From contig JACRKZ010000079.1 in NCBI GenBank assembly GCA_016235455.1, forward strand, positions 1-64,000: a stretch of 64,000 bases of DNA, written 5' to 3'. This DNA is from Armatimonadota bacterium. GTDB lineage: Bacteria; Armatimonadota; UBA10988. Below the pieces are notes generated by a model that did not search any database, had not been told where the DNA came from, and saw only the letters and a list, made by a program, of their open reading frames with translations. The translations under genes were made by a program, and so were the position numbers. Every line of letters begins with the position of its first letter. The first letter of the stretch is position 1. This document shows, piece after piece, positions 45,652-55,233 of this stretch.

Positions 45652-47442
45652 CTAGCGCAGCTTGGCCACCGCGTAGTCGGCGGTGGTCTGGTAGTGCTCG
45701 CCGAAACCGCACGGGCTCAGGCTGGACATGACTGCCTCGTCCTTGACCTGGTCGCGGTCGTTGAACTGGAAGTCGAGCGCCAGCGTGCCGTCATCGGCCA
45801 GCCCGCCGCGCAACGAGGCCAGCGGGATCGAGATCTCGATGACATAGCCGCCGGGCCGCGGCTTCGCGGCGGTGACCAGCCCCTCGGGGATGGGCCGCTT
45901 GTCCACGTACCAGTTTGGCTTGACCGAGTCGCCCGCACCCACCAGCGGCAGAATAAGCTGGCCACTGCCCAGGGCATGCTTGCCATCGCGCTGTGCCGCC
46001 GGCCGTGCGTCCCAGAACAGCTCCATCCCATCGTTCTGCCAAGGCGCGGTGCCGTCCGTGCGGATCTGGTCGTCGCTGACGTCGGCGGCGACGTACAGCC
46101 GCTGGCCGTCATGCCCAGCCAGAAGCCGGACCGCATGGTCGGCCGGCCCGGTCCAGTTGGCCGCGCCCGCATAGACCAGCGACTTGTCGGCCAGCGTCTG
46201 CCCCTTGGCCTTGCCCCAGTCAGCCAGAGCGCCATCGATAGTCATGCGGCCCAGCCGGGGCAACGCCATGGTGCGCGCCATGCGCAGCGTCTGCCGCACG
46301 GTACGCCGGTACTCGGCGCCGCCAGCCGCGGTCAGCCGGAACACGGCGGCCACGTCCAAGCGCGACGGATTGGCCTTGGTCGGCTTGACCTGGACCGCGA
46401 TGCGCTCGTTGCCGCCGGCGGCGAGTGCGACGGTCCGGCTTGCCGGCTCGCAGCGCCAGTCGCCGCCGCTGAGCGTCAGGTCGACGGCGGCGGCGCGGTC
46501 CAGGGGATTGGCCAGCGTGATGGCCAGCTCACCGCCGCCAGTAGGCAGCGCGCTGACGCCGAGCCGGCAGAGCTGGTCCAGTTCCGCCAGCGCCGGCCGG
46601 GTCAGCGCCTCGCCGGCCTGCATCTGGTCGATCGGCGCCACGGTGAGGCGCGGCTCGCCCTGATCCACGCTGACCTGCATGAGCAGGCGCTCCGAACCCG
46701 ACGTGTCGGCATCGGTGCCCGCGCCGGTGCAGCCCATGACGTAGGTGGGGATGCCATCCTGCACACCGAAGCTCATCTGGTGCCAGTGGCCATTGATGAT
46801 GGTCGTCTTGGCCGGATCGAGTCGCTTGGCCAGTTCTGCCCAGAACGGCTTGAGCTCCCAGGCCGGGCGGTGGTAGACGACGAAGGTGTGCTTGGCCCCC
46901 TTGGCCTTGGCCAGGTCGGCCTCGAGCCAGGTGATCTGCTCGGCCAGCAACTCGGGCTTGAGGATACCGTCGTTGACCGCCAGCACCACGAAGTGGCAAT
47001 CGCGGTAGTCGAAGCTGTAGTAGGCCCGGCCGTCGACACCATGGCGCTTGAGGTAGATGCCATACATGGTCTGGTTGGTCGTGTCGTGGTTGCCCGGCAC
47101 ATAGAAGAACGGGCTGCGCAGTTGGCTGTTCTCCGCCTCGAAGTCGTCCCACATGCTGTTGATCGCCGCGGGATTCTCGATGTAGCCCTCGATCAGGTCG
47201 CCGACACACAGCACGAAGTCGGGCCGCAGCCGGTTCACGATGTCCACGGCATGCGCCCAACGCCCCGGCTCATGGCCGCCGGTGTTGTCGCCGAGAACGA
47301 CGAAGGAGAAAGCCGAGCCGCTGTTGGGCGCCAGGCCGGGATACCCGGCAATGCCCGCCAACTCAGCCGGCGTATTGGCCGCCAACAGCCCCAGAACCGC
47401 CCCCAGCAGCGCCGCGCTGGCCCATGCCGACCGCTTGACCAT
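45652..47442 (-). CDS. Secreted metallophosphoesterase with C-terminal CBM9-like sugar-binding domain
   Basis: 'LGDN', 'VGDLIEGY', 'PGNHD', 'GHWH'; C-terminal 'IDGALADW...LYVAADVSDD...WQNDGMELFWD...YVIEISIP...FNDRD'. Confidence 0.85.
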   Translation of the reverse strand: MVKRSAWASAALLGAVLGLLAANTPAELAGIAGYPGLAPNSGSAFSFVVLGDNTGGHEPGRWAHAVDIVNRLRPDFVLCVGDLIEGYIENPAAINSMWDDFEAENSQLRSPFFYVPGNHDTTNQTMYGIYLKRHGVDGRAYYSFDYRDCHFVVLAVNDGILKPELLAEQITWLEADLAKAKGAKHTFVVYHRPAWELKPFWAELAKRLDPAKTTIINGHWHQMSFGVQDGIPTYVMGCTGAGTDADTSGSERLLMQVSVDQGEPRLTVAPIDQMQAGEALTRPALAELDQLCRLGVSALPTGGGELAITLANPLDRAAAVDLTLSGGDWRCEPASRTVALAAGGNERIAVQVKPTKANPSRLDVAAVFRLTAAGGAEYRRTVRQTLRMARTMALPRLGRMTIDGALADWGKAKGQTLADKSLVYAGAANWTGPADHAVRLLAGHDGQRLYVAADVSDDQIRTDGTAPWQNDGMELFWDARPAAQRDGKHALGSGQLILPLVGAGDSVKPNWYVDKRPIPEGLVTAAKPRPGGYVIEISIPLASLRGGLADDGTLALDFQFNDRDQVKDEAVMSSLSPCGFGEHYQTTADYAVAKLR

Positions 47443-47549
47443 GGTTCTCGCTCTCCAGACAGCCAGTATAGCCCAGAGGTAACGTTGTGCTCAACGGCGC
47501 ACTACGCGCTACGCGCTCGGAGCGCGCACCCGCTGGTATACTGGCAAGC

Positions 47550-49253
47550 ATGGCACCTGAGCTGAGCGCCACCGCGGAGCGCAATCTGGCGCGCTGGCGC
47601 AGCGCCCCCCACTTGGCCGAACACCGGGCCGCGCTGACATCGTTCCTGGCAGCCGCTTCGACCGCGGAGGTCGAGGACGCCTTTGGCGCCGATCTGCCCT
47701 TTGGCACCGCCGGCCGACGCGGCTGCGAGGGCGTGGGTCCGAACCGCATCAACGCGCGCACCATCGCCGAGAGCGCCGCCGGCCTCGCGGTGCTGCGGCC
47801 CAGTCTGGCCGTGGTGGGCTATGACGGCCGCGCACATAGCCGCGAGTACGCCCTGCTCAGCGCCGAGGTGCTGCTGGCCGCCGGCGCGCGCGTCGAGCTG
47901 TTCGCGCAGGCTTGCGCCACGCCGCAGTTGGCCCACCGCGCCACGACCGCCGGCGCGCAGGCCGCGGTGATGATCACCGCCAGCCACAACCCCGCGGACC
48001 ACAACGGCTTCAAGGCCTTCGGCCCCCATGGCGGCCAGATCGTGCCGCCGCTGGACCGCCAGGTCATGGCCGCGGTGGTCGGGCAGGCCGACCTGCCTAT
48101 CGGCCGCATGCCGCTGGCCACGGCGCTGGCCGAAGGCCGGGCACGCTGGGTGACCCGTGCCGACGACGAGGCCTACCTGGCCTACGTGGCCCGCCAGGCC
48201 GGCGCCGGTCCGCGCGACTGCCGCCTGGTGTTCAGCGCGTTGCAGGGAGTGGGTGGCAGGACGGTACCCGCCGTGCTCGAACGCGCGGGGTTCACCGCCG
48301 TGGCGCTGGTGGCCAGCCAGGCGGAGCCGTCGCCGCTCTTCGAGACACTGCCGGACGGCATCGCCAACCCCGAGGCGCCCGAGGCGCTGGCCCAGCTCAT
48401 CGCCGCCTGCGCGCAGCAGGACGCCGACGCCGGCCTGGCCGCCGATCCCGACGCCGACCGGGTGGGCCTGGTGGCGCGCGACCCCGACTCGCCCCACGGC
48501 TACCGCTTCTTCCGCGGCTACGAACTGGCCGCGCTCATCGCGCAGCACACCATCGTCCGTCGCGCTCGCGATGGCCGTCTGCCCGCGGGCAGCGTGGTGC
48601 TGCGGTCGGTGGTCGGCTCGCGCTTCATCGATGCCGTCGCCGCGGAGTACGGGGTGCGCGTCATCGGCGACCTGCCCATCGGCTTCAAGTGGTGCGGCGA
48701 GCTGCAGGCCGACCGACTTGGCGAAGAGCACTTCGTCGCCGCGCTGGACGAGAGCCACGGCTTCAACCGCGGCGTGGCCGTGCGGGACAAGGATGCCGCC
48801 TCCGCGGCGCTGGCCCTGGCCGAGATTGTCGCGGACTGCCGCGCCGAAGGCATCACCGTGAGCCAGCGGCTGGCTGGGCTCCACACGCGCTACGGCGCTC
48901 GCGCCGAGCAGGTCTTTGGCCTGCGCATGGCCAGTGCCGAGGCCATGGGCCAGTTCGTCGACCGACTGCGCTCGCACCCGCCGAGCACGCTGCTGGGTCG
49001 GCGGGTGTCCACGATTGTCGACCGCCTGAACGATCCGTGGACGAGCAGCGTTTCGGGTATGGCGGTACCTGAGAACTTTCTGATGCTCGAGCTCGCGGGA
49101 GACGACACGACGGGCAATGCGCTCGTTGGCGTGCGGCCCAGCGGCACCGAGCCCAAACTGAAGATCTACGCCCTGGCGGGCGGCCGAGCAGAGCAGCGGG
49201 CGGAACTGGATAACTGGGTCCAGTCGGTTCCCGACGCGATGACAGTGTTGTAA
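47550..49253 (+). CDS. Phospho-sugar mutase (phosphoglucomutase/phosphomannomutase)
   Basis: 'FGTAGRRG', 'MITASHNP', 'DPDADR', 'GFKW', 'RDKDA', 'RPSGTEPKLKIY'. Confidence 0.92.
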   Translation: MAPELSATAERNLARWRSAPHLAEHRAALTSFLAAASTAEVEDAFGADLPFGTAGRRGCEGVGPNRINARTIAESAAGLAVLRPSLAVVGYDGRAHSREYALLSAEVLLAAGARVELFAQACATPQLAHRATTAGAQAAVMITASHNPADHNGFKAFGPHGGQIVPPLDRQVMAAVVGQADLPIGRMPLATALAEGRARWVTRADDEAYLAYVARQAGAGPRDCRLVFSALQGVGGRTVPAVLERAGFTAVALVASQAEPSPLFETLPDGIANPEAPEALAQLIAACAQQDADAGLAADPDADRVGLVARDPDSPHGYRFFRGYELAALIAQHTIVRRARDGRLPAGSVVLRSVVGSRFIDAVAAEYGVRVIGDLPIGFKWCGELQADRLGEEHFVAALDESHGFNRGVAVRDKDAASAALALAEIVADCRAEGITVSQRLAGLHTRYGARAEQVFGLRMASAEAMGQFVDRLRSHPPSTLLGRRVSTIVDRLNDPWTSSVSGMAVPENFLMLELAGDDTTGNALVGVRPSGTEPKLKIYALAGGRAEQRAELDNWVQSVPDAMTVL

Positions 49254-49268
49254 TGGAGGTTCGGCGCG

Positions 49269-49892
49269 ATGGCACCCCGGAATGATCGGGAAGCGAAGAT
49301 GACGGACGCACAGCTAGTAGCCGCCGTGATCGCGGGAGACACCGAAGCCTACGCGCTGCTGGTCGACCGCTATCAGGACCGCGTCGTCAGCGCCGCCTAC
49401 CACATCGTGGGCGACCGCGACGCCGCGGAGGATCTGGCTCAAGACACCTTTGTCGAGGGCTTCAAGTCCATCCGGCGCTTGCGTGACCCGGCCCGGGCCG
49501 GCGCCTGGTTCCACGGCATCGCCCAGCGCTTGTGCTACAAGTGGCTGCGGCGGAACACGCGTGTCAGCAACGTGGAGACCGAGCAGTTCGACCTGTTGGC
49601 CGCGCCCGAGGTCAAGCCGGACGAGCCGGGCGATCTGGTGCATCTGCTGGGCGAACTGCCCGCGCAGTACCGCCAGGTGCTCGCTGCCAGGTACCTGGAA
49701 GACCTGGAATACGAAGAGATCGCCGAGCAACTCGGCACCACGGTCAACAACATCAGAGTTCGTGTGCATCGCGCCAAGAGCCGGCTCCGTGAGCTGTTCG
49801 AGGCGGTCGATGCCAAGCGGCGGGTCCAAGAGCAGTCGCGGCTGGAACAGTCGCGTCTGCGTGTGGTCCGCGGCAACGGAGGAGCGGCATGA
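49269..49892 (+). CDS. ECF-type RNA polymerase sigma-70 factor
   Basis: Region 2 'AAEDLAQDTFV...AWFHGIA'; region 4 'LPAQYRQVL...YEEIAEQLG...RVHRAKSRLR'. GGAGG RBS. Confidence 0.93.
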   Translation: MAPRNDREAKMTDAQLVAAVIAGDTEAYALLVDRYQDRVVSAAYHIVGDRDAAEDLAQDTFVEGFKSIRRLRDPARAGAWFHGIAQRLCYKWLRRNTRVSNVETEQFDLLAAPEVKPDEPGDLVHLLGELPAQYRQVLAARYLEDLEYEEIAEQLGTTVNNIRVRVHRAKSRLRELFEAVDAKRRVQEQSRLEQSRLRVVRGNGGAA

Positions 49893-50593
49893 ACAAGGCA
49901 TGGCGCGACCGCCTGGCGGCGTATGACGACGAGCACCTCGATGAACGCGAGCGAGCCGCGCTGGACCTGCTGCTCGACTCCGACGCCGAGGCTCGGCAGT
50001 ACCTGGCCAGCCTGCGCGAGGATCGCCAGCGCTACTGCGAGGCGCTGGCCACGGTCACGGCGCGCCCTGGGTTCACCTCCGCGGTCATGGTTCGCGTGAA
50101 CCACACCCAGACCGTCTGGTGGCGCCAGGTAGTCACGATGGTCCGGCCGAGAGCACTGGAAGTCTGCGCCGCGGGGCTGATGGTGATGGTCGGGCTGGCG
50201 CTGGTGCCCAGCGACCGCACCAACGCCGCGCACCAGACCTGTCTGAACAACCTGCGCACGCTGGGTCGCGGGCTGCTGGCCTACAGCGAGGATTGGGACC
50301 ATCGTCTGCCCGACAGCTCGAGCTGGGTGCAGGCCGTCTCCAGCTACGGCCGGTCGGGCAACGCTCTGACCTGCCCGCTCGACACCCGCGCTGGCGACCG
50401 GGGCAGCCGGCTGGTCAGCTACGGCATGCCCGGCAGCCTGAGCGGGGCCAGCGTGTCCAGCCTGCCCGATCCCAGCGCACAGGTGACTCTGCGCGACGCC
50501 GAGGGCCTGTTCGTCAAACCGCGCCATGGCAACAGCGCCAACGCCGCCTTTGGCGATGGCCACGTGGCGCCGGTCAGCGTGCCCGGACCCTGA
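49889..50593 (+). CDS. Putative anti-sigma factor fused to a DUF1559/H-X9-DG pilin-like domain
   Basis: ATGA overlap with the sigma gene; ASD-like 'RLAAYDDEHLDERERAALDLLL...ARQYLASLR'; one TM segment; 'CLNNLRTLG...YSEDWDHRLP', 'CPLD', 'SYG', 'RHGNSANAAFGDGHV'. Confidence 0.75.
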   Translation: MNKAWRDRLAAYDDEHLDERERAALDLLLDSDAEARQYLASLREDRQRYCEALATVTARPGFTSAVMVRVNHTQTVWWRQVVTMVRPRALEVCAAGLMVMVGLALVPSDRTNAAHQTCLNNLRTLGRGLLAYSEDWDHRLPDSSSWVQAVSSYGRSGNALTCPLDTRAGDRGSRLVSYGMPGSLSGASVSSLPDPSAQVTLRDAEGLFVKPRHGNSANAAFGDGHVAPVSVPGP

Positions 50594-50594
50594 C

Positions 50595-50624
50595 TTGACC
50601 GCGGCGGCGGCCGACGACTAAGAT
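50595..50624 (+). promoter_or_regulatory. Putative sigma-70 promoter for gmhA (possibly leaderless)
   Basis: TTGACC-N18-TAAGAT, with ATG at 50632, 7 nt after the -10 box. Confidence 0.5.
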
Positions 50625-50631
50625 GCGGGCC

Positions 50632-51198
50632 ATGAACAGCCTGTATCATGCCAACCTGGCCGCCGCCGTTGACGCCTTCCACAACGCCGCCGCCCTCGAA
50701 CCCGCTGTCGAGGCCGCCGCTGACATACTTGCCGACGCCTATCGTGCCGGTCGCAAGGTGCTGGTCTGCGGCAACGGTGGCAGCGCCGCCGAGGCCGCCC
50801 ATCTGGCCACCGAGTTCGTGGTGCGTTTCCTGGCCGACCGCCGCGCTTTGCCCGCCATCAGCCTCACCGCCAGCGGCGCCGACCTCACCGCCATTGGCAA
50901 CGACTACAGCTTCGAGCAGATCTTCAGCCGCCAGGTGGAGGCTTACGGCCAGCCCGGCGACGTGTTGATGGTCTTCAGTTCCTCGGGCAACAGCGAGAAC
51001 CTGCGATTGGCGCTCCAGGCCGCCAATGGGCAGGGCCTGAAGTCGGTCTCGCTCCTGGGCCGCGATGGCGGGTTCTGCGCGGGGCTGGCAACGGTCGACG
51101 TGGTCGTCGCGGAGAGCGTCACAGCCCGTATCCAGGAGGTGCATCTGCTCATCCTGCACACGCTGTGTGGGTTGGTCGAACAGCGGCTTTTCGGCTGA
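50632..51198 (+). CDS. gmhA: D-sedoheptulose-7-phosphate isomerase (SIS domain)
   Basis: 'CGNGGSAAEAAHLATE', 'TAIGNDY', 'FSRQVEA', 'SSSGNSEN', 'TARIQEVH'. Confidence 0.92.
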   Translation: MNSLYHANLAAAVDAFHNAAALEPAVEAAADILADAYRAGRKVLVCGNGGSAAEAAHLATEFVVRFLADRRALPAISLTASGADLTAIGNDYSFEQIFSRQVEAYGQPGDVLMVFSSSGNSENLRLALQAANGQGLKSVSLLGRDGGFCAGLATVDVVVAESVTARIQEVHLLILHTLCGLVEQRLFG

Positions 51199-51222
51199 GC
51201 CAGACTAGCTACACCCACCGGC

Positions 51223-51281
51223 TACGCAGATCACACGGGTGGCCGATCCGATCATCTGTGTGATCTGCGTAATCTGCGGAT
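51223..51281. repeat. Palindromic REP-like element with GCAGAT/ATCTGC submotifs
   Basis: Perfect 14-bp arms TACGCAGATCACAC / GTGTGATCTGCGTA, followed by ATCTGCGGAT. Confidence 0.8.
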
Positions 51282-51314
51282 GGCCTGGGTTCAATCAGGG
51301 CCACTGCGTAGAGT

Positions 51315-53138
51315 CTACGCCCGCTTGGCCGCCTGCTTGCGCTTCTCGTGGTCGAGGATGCGCTTGCGCAGCCGCAGGCCCTTGGGCGTCACTTCCAGCA
51401 GCTCATCGTTGGACATGTACTCGATGGCCTCGTCCAGCGAGAAGATGCGCGGCGGCGCCAGGCCGACGGTGATCTCGGAGAACGACTTGCGGTGGTTGGT
51501 CAGGTGCTTGGCCTTGCAGACGTTGACCACCAGATCCTCGTCGCGGTAGTACTGGCCCACCACCATGCCACCGTAGACCTTGTCTTCGGGCGTGCAGAAG
51601 AGGATACCGCGCTCCTGCACATTGGTCAGAGCGTAGCCCGTCACCGTGCCGGTCTCCATGGCCACCAGCGAGCCGTGCTCGCGGTCGCCCAGCTCGCCGG
51701 CGAACGGCTCGTAGCCGTGGAACAGGGTATGCACCACGCCGGTGCCGCGGGTGGACATGAGGAACGGCTGGCGGAAGCCCAGCATGCCGCGGGTGGGCAC
51801 CTGGTACTCGGAGTAGGCCGTGCCGTCTTCGCCGGTGCGCAGCGACAGCATGATGCCGCGGCGCTTGCCCATCATCTCGCTGACCGTGCCGTGGTAGTCG
51901 CCGCCGACCTCGAGGAAGACGTGCTCGACCGGCTCCAATCGGCCGCCGTTGGGGCCGACCTTGAAGATGACTTCGGGCTTGCTGACCGCGAACTCATAGC
52001 CCTCACGGCGCATGGTTTCGATGAGGATGGCCAGGTGCAGCTCGCCACGACCGGAGACCAGGAAGCGGTCGGCACTGTCGGTGTCTTCCACACGCAGCGC
52101 CACGTTGCTCTCCAACTCACGCTGCAGGCGATCGCGGAGCTGGCGGCTGGTGACGAATTGGCCCTCGCGCCCGGCGAACGGGCTGTCGTTGACCGCGAAG
52201 GTCATGCGCACCGTGGGCTCTTCGACGGTGATCGGCGGCAAAGGCCGCGGGTCGGCGGGATCGGCGATGGTGTCGCCGATGCCGAGGTCGGACACGCCGC
52301 AGATGGCGATGATGTCGCCGGCATGGACCTCGGGTTGCTCGGACCGCTTCAGGTCGCGGAAAGTGAAGACCTGGTTGACCTTGCCGTTGGACGGGTTGCC
52401 CTCGTGGTCGATGCGCACCACGTTCTGGCCGCCGCGCAGCGAACCACTCCACAACCGGCCGATGCCGATCTTGCCGATGTAGTTGTCGTAGGCCAGTGAG
52501 GTGATGAGCATGCGCGCGGGTGCATCTGGCTCCACCAGCGGCGCCGGCAGGTGCGTGACGATGGTCTCGAACAGAGCGTCGAGGTTGGGTTCCAGCGCGT
52601 CGGGCGTGCGTCCAGAGTGGCCGTCCAGCGCGATGGTATAGATGACCGGGAACTCAGCCTGCTCGTCCGTGGCGCCCAGGTCGATGAACAGGTCGAAAGT
52701 GGCGTTGACCACCCACTCGGGCCGCGCCGCGGGTCGGTCGATCTTGTTGACCACAACGATCGCTTTGTGCCCCTTCTCCAGCGCCTGTCGCAGCACGAAG
52801 CGGGTCTGGGGCATAGGCCCCTCCACCGCATCGACCAACAGCAGCACGCCGTCGACCATGTTCATCACGCGCTCGACCTCGCCGCCGAAGTCAGCGTGGC
52901 CGGGCGTGTCGACGATGTTGATGGTCGTATCGTGGTAGATGACCCCGGTGTTCTTGGCCAGGATGGTGATGCCGCGCTCACGCTCCAGGTCGCCCGAGTC
53001 CAGGACGCGCTCGGCGACCTCCTGGTTGGCGCGGAAGACGTTGGTCTGCTTGAGCATGCCGTCGACGAGGGTGGTCTTGCCATGGTCGACGTGAGCGATG
53101 ATGGCCAAGTTGCGAAGGTCGTTGCGTAGTTGGGGCAT
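51315..53138 (-). CDS. typA: Translational GTPase TypA/BipA
   Basis: '[13 protein letters not shown]', '[13 protein letters not shown]', '[14 protein letters not shown]', 'GRGELHL', 'ELLEVTP'. Confidence 0.97.
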   Translation of the reverse strand: MPQLRNDLRNLAIIAHVDHGKTTLVDGMLKQTNVFRANQEVAERVLDSGDLERERGITILAKNTGVIYHDTTINIVDTPGHADFGGEVERVMNMVDGVLLLVDAVEGPMPQTRFVLRQALEKGHKAIVVVNKIDRPAARPEWVVNATFDLFIDLGATDEQAEFPVIYTIALDGHSGRTPDALEPNLDALFETIVTHLPAPLVEPDAPARMLITSLAYDNYIGKIGIGRLWSGSLRGGQNVVRIDHEGNPSNGKVNQVFTFRDLKRSEQPEVHAGDIIAICGVSDLGIGDTIADPADPRPLPPITVEEPTVRMTFAVNDSPFAGREGQFVTSRQLRDRLQRELESNVALRVEDTDSADRFLVSGRGELHLAILIETMRREGYEFAVSKPEVIFKVGPNGGRLEPVEHVFLEVGGDYHGTVSEMMGKRRGIMLSLRTGEDGTAYSEYQVPTRGMLGFRQPFLMSTRGTGVVHTLFHGYEPFAGELGDREHGSLVAMETGTVTGYALTNVQERGILFCTPEDKVYGGMVVGQYYRDEDLVVNVCKAKHLTNHRKSFSEITVGLAPPRIFSLDEAIEYMSNDELLEVTPKGLRLRKRILDHEKRKQAAKRA

Positions 53139-53154
53139 AGTTCTCTAGATCACA

Positions 53155-53224
53155 ATCCGCAGATACCGCAGACGCGGGCAGACAGACGTTCCATCATCTG
53201 CGCACATCTGCGATATCTGCGGAT
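53155..53224. repeat. Second palindromic REP-like element of the GCAGAT type
   Basis: ATCCGCAGATACCGCAGACGCGGGCAGA pairs imperfectly with TCTGCGCACATCTGCGATATCTGCGGAT. Confidence 0.8.
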
Positions 53225-53249
53225 GATATGGTGGTCTCGGTAGCCGAGA

Positions 53250-54311
53250 TCAGACGCTGATGCTGACTTCCTTACCCTCGGCGGCCGACTGGTAGATGGC
53301 GTCGAGGATGCTCTGCAGCACGTAGCCCTGGCGGCCGTCGGTGCGCAGCTTGAGGCTCTTGTCCTGCACGCAGGCGGCAAAGTGCTCGTGTTGCGCGGTG
53401 AAGCTGTCCGGCTTCTTGTACTGCGGGGTGATGTCGGCGATGAAGCCGTTGTCCTCGGTGATGATCTTGATGTAGCTGCCGGGGCTCAACTCGATGCCGC
53501 CCTTGTCGCCCATCATGCGCAGGTCCATGCCGTCGCTGGTGTTCGCGGCCCAAGAGGCCTGGATCATCATCGAAGCGCCGTTCTCGAAGCGGATCAGCGC
53601 GCAGGCCAGGTCGTCCACGTCGAACGGGCCGCCGGCCACGGGCATGCCCCACATGCTCAGATAGTTGTAGGTCTCGGGGTTCGAGCCGAAGCGCGCGTGG
53701 GCCACGGCGCTGGCGGCGATCGGCTTGGGCTGGCCCATGAGGTAGTGGGTCAGGTCGATCATGTGCACGCCGATGTCGATCAGCGCGCCACCGCCGGCCA
53801 CAGCCTTGGTGGTGAACCACGAACCCAGACCGGGGATGCCGCGGCGGCGCCAGATCTGCACGGTCGAGTGGTAGATCTCGCCCAGGCGGCCCGAGTCGAG
53901 GTAGGTCTTGGCGGTCTCGGCCTCGCCCGTGAAGCGGTTGTTCAGGCCGAACTGCAGGCGCACGCCCTTCTTCTCGGCCAGGTCCCACATCGCCTTGGCT
54001 TCGCCCGCGTTCATCGCCGGCGGCTTCTCGCACAGCACGTTGCAGCCAGCCTCGAGCGCGGCCAGGGTGGCGGGCGCATGGAAGGCGTTGGGCACGGCCA
54101 CGACCACGCAGTCCAGGTTCTCCTTGGCCAGCATGTCGGCGTAGCTGTCGTACTCGGCGGGGATGCCAAACTTGGCGACCGTCTCGGCGCGAACCTTCTC
54201 CGACGGGTCGGCGATGGCGGCAACCATCGTGTCAGTCCGGGCGTTGATGCGCTCGGCGTGCTGCCGGGCAATGGTGCCGGCGCCAACGATACCATACCGT
54301 AGCTTGCTCAT
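53250..54311 (-). CDS. Gfo/Idh/MocA family oxidoreductase
   Basis: 'GIVGAGTIA', 'VPNAFH', 'LCEKP', 'RRRGIPG', 'GGGALIDIGVH'. Confidence 0.93.
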   Translation of the reverse strand: MSKLRYGIVGAGTIARQHAERINARTDTMVAAIADPSEKVRAETVAKFGIPAEYDSYADMLAKENLDCVVVAVPNAFHAPATLAALEAGCNVLCEKPPAMNAGEAKAMWDLAEKKGVRLQFGLNNRFTGEAETAKTYLDSGRLGEIYHSTVQIWRRRGIPGLGSWFTTKAVAGGGALIDIGVHMIDLTHYLMGQPKPIAASAVAHARFGSNPETYNYLSMWGMPVAGGPFDVDDLACALIRFENGASMMIQASWAANTSDGMDLRMMGDKGGIELSPGSYIKIITEDNGFIADITPQYKKPDSFTAQHEHFAACVQDKSLKLRTDGRQGYVLQSILDAIYQSAAEGKEVSISV

Positions 54312-54381
54312 CTACCTCTGACCTCTGCTACGGCAAGGGTAGCACCATCTGAGCGCCTGCCAAGTCCCTTTTGTGACAGCA

Positions 54382-54424
54382 ACGGGCCGTCGAGCCGTGC
54401 CCGGAGGGTGGCTCGACGGCCCGT
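54382..54424 (-). terminator. Strong hairpin downstream of the DUF1559 gene, possible terminator
   Basis: 15-bp perfect arms ACGGGCCGTCGAGCC / GGCTCGACGGCCCGT. No clear U-tract. Confidence 0.5.
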
Positions 54425-54447
54425 GCACCGAGGCGCGCGTAGCCTGC

Positions 54448-55137
<690 letters not shown>

Positions 55138-55233
55138 CATTGGCTCCTTGGGCACCAGACACCTGGCGCCCTGAGAAGTATGTGAGCGAGGAGCCTCGCG
55201 CAACAGACATTTTGTATCGCACTGTATGCGGAT

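Noticed and set aside
49830-49859. 15-bp duplication in the sigma factor tail (EQSRL x2)
   Set aside because: It is a short in-frame duplication in a likely disordered tail, with no evidence of function.
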